From: Amoeboaphelidium protococcarum X5
Lineage: Eukaryota; Fungi; Aphelidiomycota
Assembly: GCA_023515725.1 (NCBI GenBank)
Contig: JALDTO010000266.1
Span: forward strand, 2,250,217-2,314,216
Length of the DNA stretch: 64,000 nt
Direction: 5' to 3'
This document shows, piece after piece, positions 1-13,963 of this stretch. The stretch's first letter is position 1; every line of letters begins with the position of its first letter. A program made the translations under genes and the position numbers. The notes beneath the pieces are model-generated. The model ran no database searches. It saw nothing but the letters and a program-made list of their open reading frames with translations, and was not told the origin of the DNA.

Positions 1-296
1 CTTCTTTTACTAAATCAGTGATTCCAGTTGGTTCTAAAGAATAGACTAATATTTAGACAGCATTGTATAAGATGATAATTTTCTCTAATTTTATTAATGA
101 CGCCGTACTGATTGACTATATAAAGAGAAGAAATGACAAATTTCCTCAATCAACGTGTCAAAAGTTGGCATTTGATAACGATTAGAATGACTCAACTTCA
201 TCCAACAGTCAAAGCATCAATTCTCCGCTAAACTAAGATGATAAAAATAAAAGATTATAAGTTGAAATAAATCATACAATCTAATTTATTATATAA

Positions 297-1208
297 TCAG
301 CTTAATGTGAGGCCCCAGCATAGTCCAATGAGACCACTGATGAGAACGAAGCCAGCTTCAGACAGACGAGAGAAAGCTTTACTGTCCAGTGAACTCAGAC
401 CGTTCCAAATTAGTGAGAGAGCGTTATTTCTACAATATAGCAGAGATTGCTACCATCGAGACTCTTCTTATTATTACTATATCTACTGATTTTGCTGATA
501 GATGGCGAATTTATTGTTATTATCGCGCTGATCTCCCATGAATTGGTTAAGTTTAGAGTCTATCGATTCCAAGAGCTTGGTAACTTCTGATTAAGATTGA
601 TCTTTTGATAACACACTATCAGATCTATTATCAACCAAACGATTCTAAGATTATGACGATAGCATAGTTTAGTCAAAGTGCACCTTAATCTAGTCCAACA
701 TCATCTATCGCTTCCGAGGCTCAATGAAAGAGTAAACTCCGACAGCAGTTACAATATTGACACCCACAAGAGCCATGGTCCAGTAGGTGTTGATCATTCG
801 AATGTGATCACTCCACAGCGACTCTTCCCTGAAGCGATCCCGTAACGCGTCGATCCACGCAGAGTGAGCTTGGTCATGCGTCTACTCTGTCGCATTCAAT
901 CTCTACTCCAAGTCGCCTTCCATCTACTCAATCTGATGATCGCGAGAGTATAGCTGCGTGAAGTGGTTCACATCATCTGGTGACCAATTATGCTTTCGCT
1001 GGAGGAGGGAGTTCATATCACGTTGGACGCGCGAACGATCTTGGACCAATTTCTGATACTCAGCCTTGGTGCTCTTTAACTGATTTCTGGCTATAACATA
1101 CTCGTTCTCCAGAGCCAACACTTTACTCTTCATAGCCTTCAGTTCTTGATAACCAGTTTTCGAGGCTAATAGCAGGAACACTCTATCCAGCGATCTGCTC
1201 ACTTGCAT
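297..1208 (-). CDS. SHE9: She9/Mdm33 mitochondrial inner-membrane morphology protein (303 aa, code 6)
   Basis: Single frame ATG 1208 to TGA 297 with TAR read as Gln. Motifs QRDMNSLLQRKHNWSPDDVNHFTQLYSRDH and RFREESLWSDHIRMINTYWTMALVGVN...IEPRKR, plus a C-terminal TM. The true start could lie in an upstream exon. Confidence 0.85.
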
Positions 1209-1330
1209 CTTGATTTAATTAGCTAGGTTGCTAGTTCTATAATTTCAGTTAGTAGAGAAAATCAAGTCAACTTTAAAGTGAGCGATTGTGATTGAGAAGG
1301 TAAAAAGTTCACAATATGAAGAGTGTTATA

Positions 1331-2690
1331 TCATTGTAATTATTACTGGTTAAAGTCTGAAGTGTCATTAGTATCGCTCTTGCCATAACTCTGATGCAGA
1401 TTGGACGGTGTGAGATCATAGTCATGAGGGTGATACAGTTCACTCAAGTACCTGTACATGTACTGAGGAGAGCATCCCTGCGTGTTGGTTATGAACATAT
1501 TCACACTGCCGGCACTGATATAATCATAAAGCGGATTGACAACTTGAACATTTTACATCAGCGGATCTTGGAAGCTGAGCATATTAGATGGATCTGCGCA
1601 TATGGAGGCCACATCATCAGCTTTGAATATCGGAGACAACTTGTACAATCCAGTGCACACCACCACAGGAATCCGTGCAGATTAGGCCACAGCCACAACA
1701 TTCATAGTACCTGCAGGTGCGACAATTGATCCATCCGCTAGAATAGCGTGACACCCAATCATGACCATATTCACACGGGACAACATCATTGCATGTACAG
1801 CACAGTCCGGTACCAAAGTGGTGTCGATACCGCTCTTGGCCAGAGATTAAGCCATTTCATGGCCGGATAGTTAAGGTGCACACTCTGCCACAATGACCTG
1901 GAACTCTCGCTTTCTACGCGCCGCCTTCAGGAACGACTCCACAGTCTTTGAACGTCCAATGGTCATTATAACATCTTTGGCGTGGATATGGTCCAGAGCT
2001 TGGGCGGCTATTGTCTATCCTACAGAGCCAAGTTCCTCAATCAGATCATTGATCCCCTGAATGAAGGCCGGCTTCAGCGCGTATAGATCACCTTAAGTGT
2101 AATCAATGTAGTTCATCATGGAATCAGATAGCTGAAGGATACCGCTGAGTGCTGAACTGAAGCTAGGCGAAGTTGGCATACTGCCGATCAATAGCGGAGT
2201 GGTGGCTCCAGAGAAGGACTGCTACTGTTAGCCACCACGATTCTGCTCCCGTTCACTCTACTGCTCATGAATAATGATATCATGATACTCTTCGCGAATT
2301 ACATGCATTACACGCCTAGCCGTATTCGCAATAGTAAACTCTACACTCACCATGTTCTCAATCATATTTAGAATTCATCGCATTATAAAAACCGCTAAGA
2401 TCTTTTTGTAAATACCTGCAGGATTAACAAGACTGAGGCGATAACCAGCTTCTCTCACTAGTTCTAAGAGTTCTTTAACATTGGCCCATCTCCCGTTGGA
2501 CACCAGGGCGCGCATAACGTATAACACTTCAATCGCGCATCCATATGCTCCATTGACTTCTCTACACACAAGCGAAAGTGATCAAAGAAATTGAAATGCA
2601 ATTGTGTATATGGCACTAGGCATACCTTCGCCGAATTCTAGCCGATAATACTTCAATAGCTGACTTGACGTCCTTAATCGCTCCCGTCAT
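1331..2690 (-). CDS. GCD7: Translation initiation factor eIF2B beta subunit (406 aa; introns 2562-2625 and 2341-2415)
   Basis: [58 protein letters not shown]...FITN. Two GT-AG introns restore the frame. Confidence 0.88.
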
Positions 2691-2835
2691 AATTTTTCAC
2701 TGCTTTATTGATTGAACAATCTCTTCAATATTGAGGAAAAGGGGGAAGCGATCTCACGCGACTCTCTTCAAGATAACAAAGTGTGGTAGACGCCAGGTTA
2801 AACGTGTAAAAATGTATGAATGACTATTAAGACTA

Positions 2836-4803
2836 TCATTACTGCTACTTATCATACTTTTCAATCATGTTTAGAGTTCTGTTGACGATGAATAAAATGG
2901 AGCATAGTTCCTTAGAGAATTCCATCAGAATCATGTAATTGTACAGTAAAGAGTCTTCTTCTGCATTTCCGTGTTTAGGATTACTATTCCACTACTCAAG
3001 TCGTTATTCGAAATCTGGGATAGATTTCTTGAGACTATGTGACTCTTGAAGAACTTTCAGGAGCGTCTATACAATGGAGTGCTGCAACACTGGAGATTTG
3101 ACATCCACCTAATCTTCAATGGACAAAATCCAATTCTAAATCTATCGCTGTGGGATCATGGCAAGATTAGATAATATACTAGTCAGGACCAGATTGAGAG
3201 CGGGTGAATTTCTATAGAATGTACTAAATTTTTCCATTATAAGCTCGAGGATATCAAAAATTTCTCGCGACGGAGACGCATCAATTGTAAGATTCCACTG
3301 ATTGACAATTCTAAAGCAATGTACACTCTTCACGTATGCCTCTTCCAGATAGCTATCGATATCACGCGGATTAGGAATAACCAGATCTTAACCTTGTTGA
3401 CTTGCTAAATCCTTGTCTTTACTTTCAATATCATCAACTATAAGTTTGAATGGACTATCTGGACGCATTTATAACTGACTAGGTGGACTTTACAAAAGAA
3501 TCTTCTAGATAATCTTCTACAAAGAGCTCTACCGTCTTATATTTATAATCTAGGAACTTGCACCTCCATCCAAAGACTCTGTAGATATAGGATGGAGAAC
3601 CAGGCGCGTATAAACGGAGCTATTATAAGTGGTGAACAGAGCATCAAACACTTTCCAGGCGTGAATAGAGATTAACTGCTCTTCTGATTAACAGTAACTG
3701 TACAGCTTGTCCGATAACGAAGTATCAATAAAGCAGTCCAGAAAAGGTGCCATCAACAAGTCCGTACCACCAATCTCCAATATGAAACCAGCCAGAAAGT
3801 CGAGCCATAAGCGCTGCCGTGTCTAATACTTTACCGAATCGCTAGATAACACCAACAAGATCTTTTTAAATACAATATTCCTCAGCATTTCCTACTTGAA
3901 AGCTTCAATCAGCGTATGAGCAATCAAATCCCCTTTTCCAATTTGATCCCTGGCAGAAGAGACATTTAAAAGATCAATAATGAATAGAATATAGTCAAAC
4001 AGGCGCGGGATATCATAATCAGATTTAACTTCATCCAAAGATTAAGAAGAATCTATCACAGCAGACACTTTAACAAAAAGTTCCGTAAAAATATCGACGA
4101 TATGGTTCGACAACTTGGACTGCGAGATGTAGCGCTGATACTGTGATTAGATTTTTGCATTAGAATAGTACTGTGAGCATACAACACCAATAACTATCAA
4201 TAACGCCTCTCTTGATGCAGTCAGCACAACTTCTTTATTAGTGATATCAAACGAGTATGATAAGATTAGATCGAACAGCTCAAACTCACCAGTCTCTTTG
4301 AAGAATAAGATTAGCAAGGGAGGATTCTACTCAAATTGCTTCGACAGGGCATTTATCAACTTCACCAGTTCCCACAAAAGTTCCTAGTTATCCTGCGCGT
4401 GTAACTTTTAATCACAATACCTCAGTAACTATTCCAAAGGTGAGCGGAACGACTCTTCAGGCAAAAGTTGAGCATTTCGCTGCGTGCCCAACAGACTGCT
4501 CGTGAATCTACACACCAGAACATCCATTCCGACGGGATTATTCTACAAAGCCTTGTACACCAAGTAAGCAAATATCTGATGAGATAGAAAGAACTCCATG
4601 CAGTCTTGCTCCTTCAAGTATTTCCTAATGCCATCAACGTGTATAGGGATGTTGGTATGTGCAATCAGCCTGTACTGCACGTCGCTCTTGGCATAGTACG
4701 CTTCAATGTGATTATAGTGCGCCATCAAAGTCTCAAGAGGTGTCAACTTTTCATTTATCGGTGCAACTACCTAAGCCAAAATATTCTTTAAATTAGTAAA
4801 CAT
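2836..4803 (-). CDS. FHIP/FAM160 (RAI16-like) FTS-Hook-interacting protein (655 aa)
   Basis: ORF-track fragments share one frame from ATG 4803 to TGA 2836. N-terminal CMEFFLSHQIFAYLVYKALQNNPVGM; C-terminal FYRNSPALNLVLTSILSNLA and NYMILMEFSKELCSI match the FHIP N and C regions. Confidence 0.75.
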
Positions 4804-5309
4804 TATTATTGTAAAGAAAGGATGGAATTATATTGGGATTTCGAACTTAGAGATAATCGCAAAAGAAGCCGCTGAAAAGACAGTGACGGCGCTCAGTCTC
4901 TTCTCTCCTTCAATTGCTGAATAGATTCGCGTTATCGACAATCAAAAAGATCTTATTCTAGCTAAATTACCAAAGATGTAGTCTACTATGCGATTTAATG
5001 TAAAGAAGAAGGGGCCTATTACTAGTAAGAATGCCAAGTAAATGATATAAAAGATGGTGGCCTTTAGTGATGGTCTCTCACAAGATATCCAGATCTAATT
5101 GAGTCAGGTTGTTGACGCGTTGGATTCAATGAAAAAGGCTAAAAAGTGATTTAGATACCAACTAGGTGTTATGATGGTGTAAATAGAGAGAATATGTCCC
5201 GATATCACATATTTGAACAGCATTTTAATAGAGATTAGATCCTACCCAGTTTCCTAATACATATCTTAAACATTTGATCAATTCAACTTATTCGATTGTG
5301 TAATTGCAA

Positions 5310-7765
5310 TCAGTAAAAGCGCGGGCGTTTCTTGGTGGAGGTGTACGTGTTCTACATACTTGTCAGTCAATATATATAAGATGCAAATAGACTTTTATAC
5401 TTTAAACTTACCTTCGTTTTGTTTTGGACCACTTTGGACGGACTAGGATTGGCAAAGCTTAGACCTTCAGATTTCTTGGTGACTACAGCGTGTCCAGCAG
5501 TGTTTTCGATTAGCTTTTTCTACAACACTTTGATAGAGATGATTTTACAATTCCAAAGTATTCAAACTTACCTTAATCTTGGACTTCTTCTGCAGTGCAA
5601 CTTCACGGTACACGGATGCGTCACTAAATTCAACGGAATCCTCTTCAACAGTCAAGTTGGAAGACTGGGGCTTCTTGAACAGTCCTCCACGATTGCTCTC
5701 GATCACCGAAACATTAGGACGATCTTTAATATTGATGGACGTCTGACTCAGCTTCTTGATTGCGGTAATATCATTTCCACTCTTATATTGAGACGCAATT
5801 TGCTCTTTCAAAGATTCAATCTCACTTACCAGATACATATTCCTGTCCATCAAGCCTTTGATTTCATTTTTCTGCTACTCTACAGCATCAGAGTTATCCT
5901 TGAGACTTTCTGAATCACGCATTGCAGACTACAGCTACTCCACATTCTGTTTCAGCTTTTGATTCTCCTTGGATGCTTGATGTAACTGATCAAGTAGTTC
6001 TTTGACCGTGGCAGAGTCATCGCTTCCTTTAACGACCAGCTGTTGCTTGACTGACATCAATGCATCGTGTAACGCCTGCAGTTGATCACGCATCGATTGC
6101 AGTTCTTCAGAGTCAGAACTACGCGACTATAATTACGCCTATATGCTTTACAACATGGACATTTGCTGCTGAACATCACCAGATTCTCCATCTTGCCCAT
6201 CCTTCTGACCAGTAGCTAATTGTTAAGACAGCAATTCAAAGTTGGATTTTGTAAACGATGACATTTGTTCCAGCTGCTTAGCGATAGCATCCCTATGAGT
6301 CGAGCCATCTTTGCTTATGTTGTTGTTGAGTTTATCAAAGGCCATTTGAAATTCGGCAAGTAAGGACTCAAGGTGTTGACATTGCTTAGAAAGAGATTCA
6401 ACTTCAGCGTCTCGAGCAGCTACACAAATGTATAAACATACTATACAGAAGCTGTAGAATTAAACATACCTTTTTGCACGGCCAATTCCTGTTTCATCTT
6501 CGCCAGCTCCTTGACTTCACAGCTCAAATCAGCTATCGTGGACTCATAGGACATCTTCACCACTTCTTATTCGCTGCGCAACTTTTCCAACTAGTCTTTG
6601 CTATTAGACATGGTCAACTCCAGGCGCGTCTCTGAATCTTGAACTACATGATAAGTAATTACACCGAAACTTAGCAGTATAGATTAAAAGCATTCTTACG
6701 TTTGGCGTTCAACTCTGAGCATTTCTCTTCCAACTGACTCACTTGAAACTCTTTCTGGGCTAGATCTACTTTATAATTGCGCTGATGTGTTGTGATAATT
6801 AAAATATATAACATACCTTTCTACAAGAGCTTGTATTTGGCGTGAGTCTCCTATAGCTTGACTGGCAGTTTTTATAGCGCGTCCAGTCTACTTTCTTGCT
6901 TTGCCAGCTTATCATTCACTGAATTTATACTACAATTCAATTCCAGTAAAGTAATACTTCCAACTATAAGCACTGAGACAGATAAATCTTACAGTTGCAT
7001 GTAATTCATCTCAATAGTACCCCAAATGTTCAAGTGTTCAGCATGACGAACAAACGCGGCCATCAGCTCCCTATTTCCAGATCTCAGGTAATCAATGTTA
7101 CGATTAGCTTCGCGTAGCTCATTGTCCTTTGCAACTAGATCCTTATCCTTGCGCTTGCTTTCAGACTTGATCAATGAGTACAACTAAGAAAGCAGATCAC
7201 CATCACCAGACTTGGATTTCTTACCAGATGCTTGGCCTGACGATTGAGGAGAAGCTGCAGTCACAACCGGCAATTGCAGAGATTCATTCAAATTCTCCAA
7301 CTGAAACGAAGCAAGTGGTTCCGCAATCAGTGAATGCTGAGACAGTTGAGATTGAGCAGGAGACGGAGGTAAGTTTTCAGATTACGACTTGCCGGTAAAG
7401 CTCGACGAAGCCGACGCGTTCTGAAACAGCTCACTATTACTAGGCACAGATTTAGGAATTTCAGACACTACGAATAGTTGAATAACATATTTCAAATTTG
7501 CAATTGTATTCCGTATATAACACTTACCATGCTATTAACGTGTAGAAATACGTGGAACCAGAGGTGGTGGAGGCATCTGAGCATTACTACGTCCAAAGTG
7601 TTTGTTTGCTTCCTCGTCATCATTGATGGTGATAATGTCACTGGATGAGGATTAACGCGTGCCCAGAGGTAAGTGAGATTACTTTTGTTGACCAACCACG
7701 TTCTAAAAAGAGAATTTGCTACTTGAGGACTACTAACCAGCCTATTTGTTGTTGTAGTTCAGCAT
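5310..7765 (-). CDS. Long coiled-coil protein with disordered head and basic tail (687 aa; 7 introns: 7468-7527, 6930-6992, 6766-6816, 6644-6699, 6420-6469, 5520-5571, 5352-5411)
   Basis: Seven GTA...GTAG introns give a spliced length divisible by 3. Heptad-rich E/K/Q/L core; ends KKRPRFY-TGA. Confidence 0.7.
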
Positions 7766-8318
7766 GATGTTGCAGTTATTTACAGAATGTCCAAAGTTTG
7801 AAACAGAAGAAGGAGATCACGAACTGGTGAAACGGTTTGAAACATTCAACGCGAACTCCATGATGGTCTCAAACGCTCTTTACAGAAGCACCGTTGCGTT
7901 AAAGGCACTTACATCTGACATTGATTGACATTTATATTCATTCACTGCTAAAACTTCACTGTGTATGATAATATATAACAAAATGGTTATATAACTAGTG
8001 ATCGGTTCGAATAAGTTTATATAGCTCATCACGTCCATTCTCATCTAAAATATTAGTCATTAGACATTCCATCACAATACGCAAATATTGATGTGAATGT
8101 CCAGATAGACGAAATTACAGAGAAATGCTATCCAAATAGATTGATTCCGCAGATATTCAATGTGTGATGAAATGAATCGGCGAATCTCATGTTTTTTGTT
8201 TCAACTCTGAAACAGATCTTTCCAGAAGTTTGTTCCTCTCCCTTTGTCATTGATATTCATTATAAACCTACCACTTATTTGAGTTCTTCATAAAGCAATT
8301 TTTGATCCTGATTAGCAC

Positions 8319-11300
8319 ATGCCTGAAGATAATAAGCCATCTTAGAATAAGGACCACAGCAAAAAGAATAGTCTCCAAGACTAAAAGTTGGCTCCTGGCT
8401 CACCCAAGCTTTAGAGTGAGAAGAAGTCCACTTTGCGCAATAAGTTGATGAACACTGCGTAGCCTGCAGATGTTAGTGTGCCCATCACTCAGACACCTGG
8501 AACTCTAGGTTCTGGTAGTGCCAAAGCATCTCCTATCAATATATCCAGCACGAAGCTCAACAGTATCATGAGTGTCTCCAATCTGTAGCCATCGGCTGCT
8601 GTGTCAAAGGCTTCAACGGCAAAGACTGGATTATCGCTGAGCAAGACTGATCGTTCAAAATCATAGCATTATGTGAGGTAATAGATTTAAGCTGGAGTTC
8701 CGGTATCTCAATTACCGAAGGTGAACAGGTTGATGAATAGTGATGGAAAATGTCAGAGTGTGTGGGAAGTTGCTGCATTAGTTCTTAGTTGTTACATTCC
8801 GAATGTTTATATTGAGAAAGTACTTAAAAAGACTGATCCTGGCGTGAAGCAGGCATACCGAGAGAAGGTGGCTCTATGTACTATATCTGCGCTCATGTGT
8901 ATATTCTTGTGCTTCTTCACTTTCTTCTACCAGTCCAGCTCTTGTCCTCCACCGAATGGTTCCCAGTATAATTTTAAAGACATCAAAGGTGGAAACTATT
9001 TACCTGCCGGGAAAGTGGTAGTCTATGGACAAGTTTATGACATTAAATCTTGGTTTAACGAGAAGCATCCAACTATACAAGGCGTTTAGAGTATGGGCAA
9101 GCTCATATCCGACGGTGCTCCTTATGATATATCTGGAATGTTTGAGTGGGATAATGGTGCTTGTGCGTAGTTTTCGAATGTTAAGCCTGATTGCGATTAT
9201 GCAAAGATTTTCTCTAAATAGTTTTCTGGTAAAAGTGGTCTTAAACATTGTCATAAATTGAGTTCATCTGACTCCATCCTTGGTCCTTTGCGAGTTGGAG
9301 ATGTTTACTTCACCTGGGAGAGTGTTACTGAGTAAGGTCCTTCTGGTTCCAAATCTAATTATATGGTTTATAATGGCCTTGTGCTTGATATGGGTCGATA
9401 TTTGAGTGGCGAATAGTAGTTTGGTCCTGAAGTTGACTTATTAGTCCGTAGAGCTTTAGGCAGTGATTCATCGTCATACTTTGGAAAGAGTCCTGAATTA
9501 AAGTAGATTGGAGATTGTATGGCTGCAATGTATACAGCCGGTACAATAGAGAAGGATCCTATTCTGTGTCTTGCTGCCAATACGATCTTGAATATTGCTC
9601 TTATCATGATTTGCTCATTAGTCATGGTTAGATTTATACTGGCGGTGTTTTTCGGATGGTTCTTGTCCTGGTAGCTAGGCAAGATTCAAGCATCTCGGAC
9701 ACTTTTCCAAGTTGCTGCCGGCTCTGATGTTGAGAACAAGCACGTTTAATCAGTCGGCACTGGAGTAACTGCAGCTACTCATCCGCAATCGTTTTCCCTT
9801 TTTCATGTGGTGGACTTTGACGTTCGGTATAGAGAATTGTACACTTTGTGTTTAGTTACTGCTTATTCTGAGGGTGAAGCTGGTCTTAGAACTACCATAG
9901 ACTCTTTGGCTTAGACTGATTATCATGATAACTATAAGCTGATTTTTGTAGTTGCTGACGGAGTTGTTTAAGGTGCGGGTAATCCAAAACCAACTGGGGA
10001 TATTGTGCTTGACATGATGTAGTTGGATGAAGCTATGCATGGACCTGTCACGTTTGAAACTGTTATAGATGAGAAAACGAAAGAGGAAAAGAAGATTTTA
10101 AAGTGTAGAAATGCTGAGCCTCAGAGTTATAAAGCAATCGGAGCCGGATCTAAGTAGCATAATATGGCCAAGATCTATTGTGGTACTTACTTGACTGGAA
10201 ATAGACGTGTTGCCATGATTTTGGTTTATAAGTGCGGAACTCCAGCGGAGCAAAGTGGTGCAAAAGCTGGTAATCGTGGCAAGAGAGATTCACAAATTGT
10301 GCTCATGGATTTTTTATCGAAAGTTATGCTCAATGAGCCACTATCAGCGGCTTAATATGATCTATTTCTCAAATGGTCCCACATAATGACCGTATAGAAT
10401 GATTCTGTGGTTAAAGTCACTCCAGACATGTTTGAGATTGTGCTGATGGTTGATGCAGATACCAAAGTTCTACCGGATTCTTTATCTAGAATGGTTAGTG
10501 TCATGTAGCGTGATCCTTCTGTGATGGGTTTGTGCGGAGAGACGAGAATTATGAACAAGAATGAGAGTTGGGTCTCCATGATCTAGGTGTTCGAGTATTA
10601 CACCAGTCATCATCTGGACAAGGCTTTCGAGTCCATATTTGGAGGTGTCACTTGTCTACCTGGATGCTTCTGCATGTATAGGATTAAAGCTCCAAAGCCT
10701 CTGCCTTTACATCTAAGAGACGAACCCAATGCAGAGGAATTATGTGATTGGATTCCCATCATTTCTAATCCAGACATTGTTGCGGATTATAGCGAGTCTA
10801 ATGTTGACACTTTACATAAGAAGAATCTTCTCTTGCTTGGTGAAGATCGATATTTGACCACGTTAATGTTGAGAACGTTCCCCAAGCGTAAGATGATGTT
10901 TGTCCCTAAAGCATTATGTAAAACTCAGGTGCCTGCAGAGTTTTAGGTATTACTTTCACAAAGACGTCGCTGGATCAACTCTACTGTACATAACTTGATG
11001 GAACTGATATTGGTGAGGGAGCTGTGCGGGACTTTCTGTTTTTCCATGCAGTTTGTTGTGTTTTTAGGACTTGTAGGAACTGCCACTCTACCTGCTGCGA
11101 TTATATTCACATTAGTCATGATCATAAGATCGGCCATCAGTGAGCCGTAATGGGTACCTCTCGGATTGCTGGCCGCCATCTTGGGTTTGCCTGCTGTGTT
11201 GATAATGCTAACCGCTGGCAAGACCATTTACATCTATTATATGCTTATCTATTTACTCGCTTTACCTGTATGGAACTTCGTGTTGCCCGTTTACGCATTC

Positions 11301-11867
11301 TGGCATTTTGACGATTTCTCCTGGGGTTAGACTCGTCAAGTGGCTGGAGAGAAGAAGGGAGGTGATGCCCACGGCCACGGTGGGGAAGATGAAGCTAGTA
11401 AAAATAGCGCCACCATTGATACCAAATTATGGGTGGATTGGGAAAGAGAAAGACGTAAACAGTTGTCTGAATAAAAACTGGATGATCCTTTCGGAAAAGT
11501 CTTGGCATCATCTGATGGATTAACCAAGTATGGGCAGAGTAATAAACGCAAGGGGTTCATTCACAGGTTCTTTGATAGGAAGCCAGAGGCGATGCAAAAG
11601 TCTGCCTCCACAAAGACTGGAACATCAGATACATAGCAGAAAGAATCATTACCGCCTCAAATTGATACCAAGATGGCAAAATTGAGGCCAGATGTTCCAA
11701 TTTCTGCTAATCTGCAATAGTAACAGACGCCGCATACCACCAACACTGGCGTGTCTTCAGCCCTTCCACTACCTTCTCCTGCTATCGCCGTCAGAAAGAA
11801 GGCGACTTAAGAAGATGCTGGTCAGAATGATGCAAAGTCGAAGAAATTGACTAGAAAATAAGTTTGA
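8319..11867 (+). CDS. Chitin synthase, division 2 / class IV (Chs3-like), with cytochrome-b5-like domain (1182 aa)
   Basis: [79 protein letters not shown]. No myosin domain; one frame. Confidence 0.95.
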
Positions 11868-12025
11868 GTATAGCCTGATTGAGTGAATTGATTATTTTGG
11901 TTCATATTGACAGTCCTTTACGCTTCTATCGCTCTGGACTTTTCACCTTTTATTCTCCATTCTCCCATTTATGCGTTTTGACTCTTTTGCTGTGAAACTT
12001 CATTGAATAATAGAATTTGCCCAAT

Positions 12026-13663
12026 ATGATAATTATGTAAAAAGTGATTAGCCAGCAAATTCATTATGTAAAAGCTGTAAGAGCGTTATCAACGGATGCT
12101 GTATTTGATGGGACTAAGGCACAGGCGATAAAGAAGGTGAAAAGTGCGGTGAAAAAGCCATCATCTATTGTTCAAGAAGGTACTCTTTAGTCCACCACTG
12201 GGCCTTCTTTTATACCTCCTGATGAGCGGACGGTGCCTAGGTTGAAGCATCGCCTTGATAGAGTCTTATTTAATCCGGGTGTTCATTTTCTGCGGGATAT
12301 CAGGTCCAAGGTGTATAATTTTGATCCATATGTGCGCTTTATCACTCAACCTCAAGATTTCGATTTCAGCCGTATTCCCCCGTTCAGAAGGCCGTCTCAA
12401 GATGAAACTCTGGCTTAGTTGGCATCTGAAAATAAGGCTAGATTCTTTGGAAGTACCTCATCTGTCTCCTCTGCTCTATCATAGATATACTTGGGCATAT
12501 CTCAATTTAAAGATATCTAGGTGTAAAATCTTGGATTTGATTTTCAAAATGCCAATACAAAGTTTACAGAAATCACGCGTCTTCCCACCTCTGTTCTACT
12601 TAAACCGTCTCAAATTGCAAAGGGAATTTATAGTATTGACTATTACAGTATGGAAAGTAAGGAGAAGGAATCCATAATGATGTAGCAGGGAGTCATATTA
12701 GAGAATTTTTTCACTCTCTCCAAGGAGGATTACGGTAAATTCTTGATAAAGAATAAGTCTAAAGTGGCAGATGCTACAACTGGATAGAGTGATGATAATG
12801 GTGCGTATGCTTATTGTAACTATAAGAGTCTGCTGTTAAGATCGTAGATTGACTGCATGAATCCACACTTACCGCGAAAAGTGTTCGATATTAAAACGAG
12901 AGCTTCTGTAGCCATTAGACTTAATAGTTAGAATTACGAGGATTTCGTTAATTATAGAATAGACAAAATTCATGGCTGGTACAACTCTTTCTCCAGGGAG
13001 TACTATGATATGCTGCGAAGTGCCTTTCTTAAGTACAATTTTTAGGTGCGCATTGGAAACATGGATGGACTGTTTGTGTCTTATCATAATACGCGTGAGA
13101 TATTTGGCTTTTAGTATGTATCGCGTGAAGAGTTGGATCTGGCGATATTTGGCTCTACTGCACTAGCTGACAAGATGTTCACTCTCAGTCTCGGCGTCTT
13201 TGATACTATTCTGAATGATATTGTGGCTGCAAATGATGGCCAATAGATGCTTATCTCTTTTGCTGCTGGTAAAGCTGGTATTAAAGTTTACGCTCGCTAG
13301 CATGAAGTGGAGAAACCATTTGTAACCAAATATATCATCCATACTGACACTTTGATAGATGATGAACCGGTAGAATCATTAGATACCGTCACGGAAGATG
13401 ATGATTTGGTTGTTAGCTATCGCGTCAGGAAATACAAAGACTCCTTCTTGGAAGAACATGATGCCTTACTGGCTCGCGTAGCCAAACGATTTAATAGGGA
13501 AAAGTCCTTTGGTTATGATGCAAAATTGAGAAGTGAGTTTGCGCCATATATGACGGAGGATGAAGAGGAAGACTAAGAGGAGAATGAGACTGAAGGAGAA
13601 GGAAGTTACGGTGGAAAGTAAAGAGTACTTAATCATGATGATGATGATATTGTTGTTTAATGA
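12026..13663 (+). CDS. PET127: Pet127 mitochondrial 5'-3' RNA exonuclease (545 aa)
   Basis: VPRLKHRLDRVLFNPGVHFLRD..SKVYNFDPY, GSTSS, LLLRSQIDC..PHLPRKVFDIKTRA, REYYDMLRSAFLKYNFQVRIGNMDGLFVSYHN. Confidence 0.92.
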
Positions 13664-13963
13664 TCATCTCTTTATTGTTCACATCAATATAATCAAATTT
13701 TCTACTTTAGGAAAGCCCACGTTGATATGTCTTGTCTACGTCACACGCAAGGCTTGACAGGGAGCGACCGTATGACGTGCGTGAGGTGACATTACCTGAA
13801 GCGGATCACGCTTGTGCAATCTCGTGGTGGTAATCAGCCTTGTCGCATGCACTTGCAACCTTCCATTTTCATTTGATTTATTCCTTTTTTTTAATCAATT
13901 TAGATATCTTGAATTTTTATATATATTAAAATAGATTATATACAGTACATAGAAAGTAACGCC

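Noticed and set aside
3-391. Open plus-strand frame at the window start
   Set aside because: May be the tail of an upstream gene, but it would overlap SHE9 and has no motif; cannot be supported.
4830-5149. Plus-strand open frame (ISNLEIIAKEAAEK...MKKAKK-TGA) abutting the FHIP start
   Set aside because: Looks protein-like but has no suitable start codon or recognisable family; long open frames arise by chance with only one stop codon.
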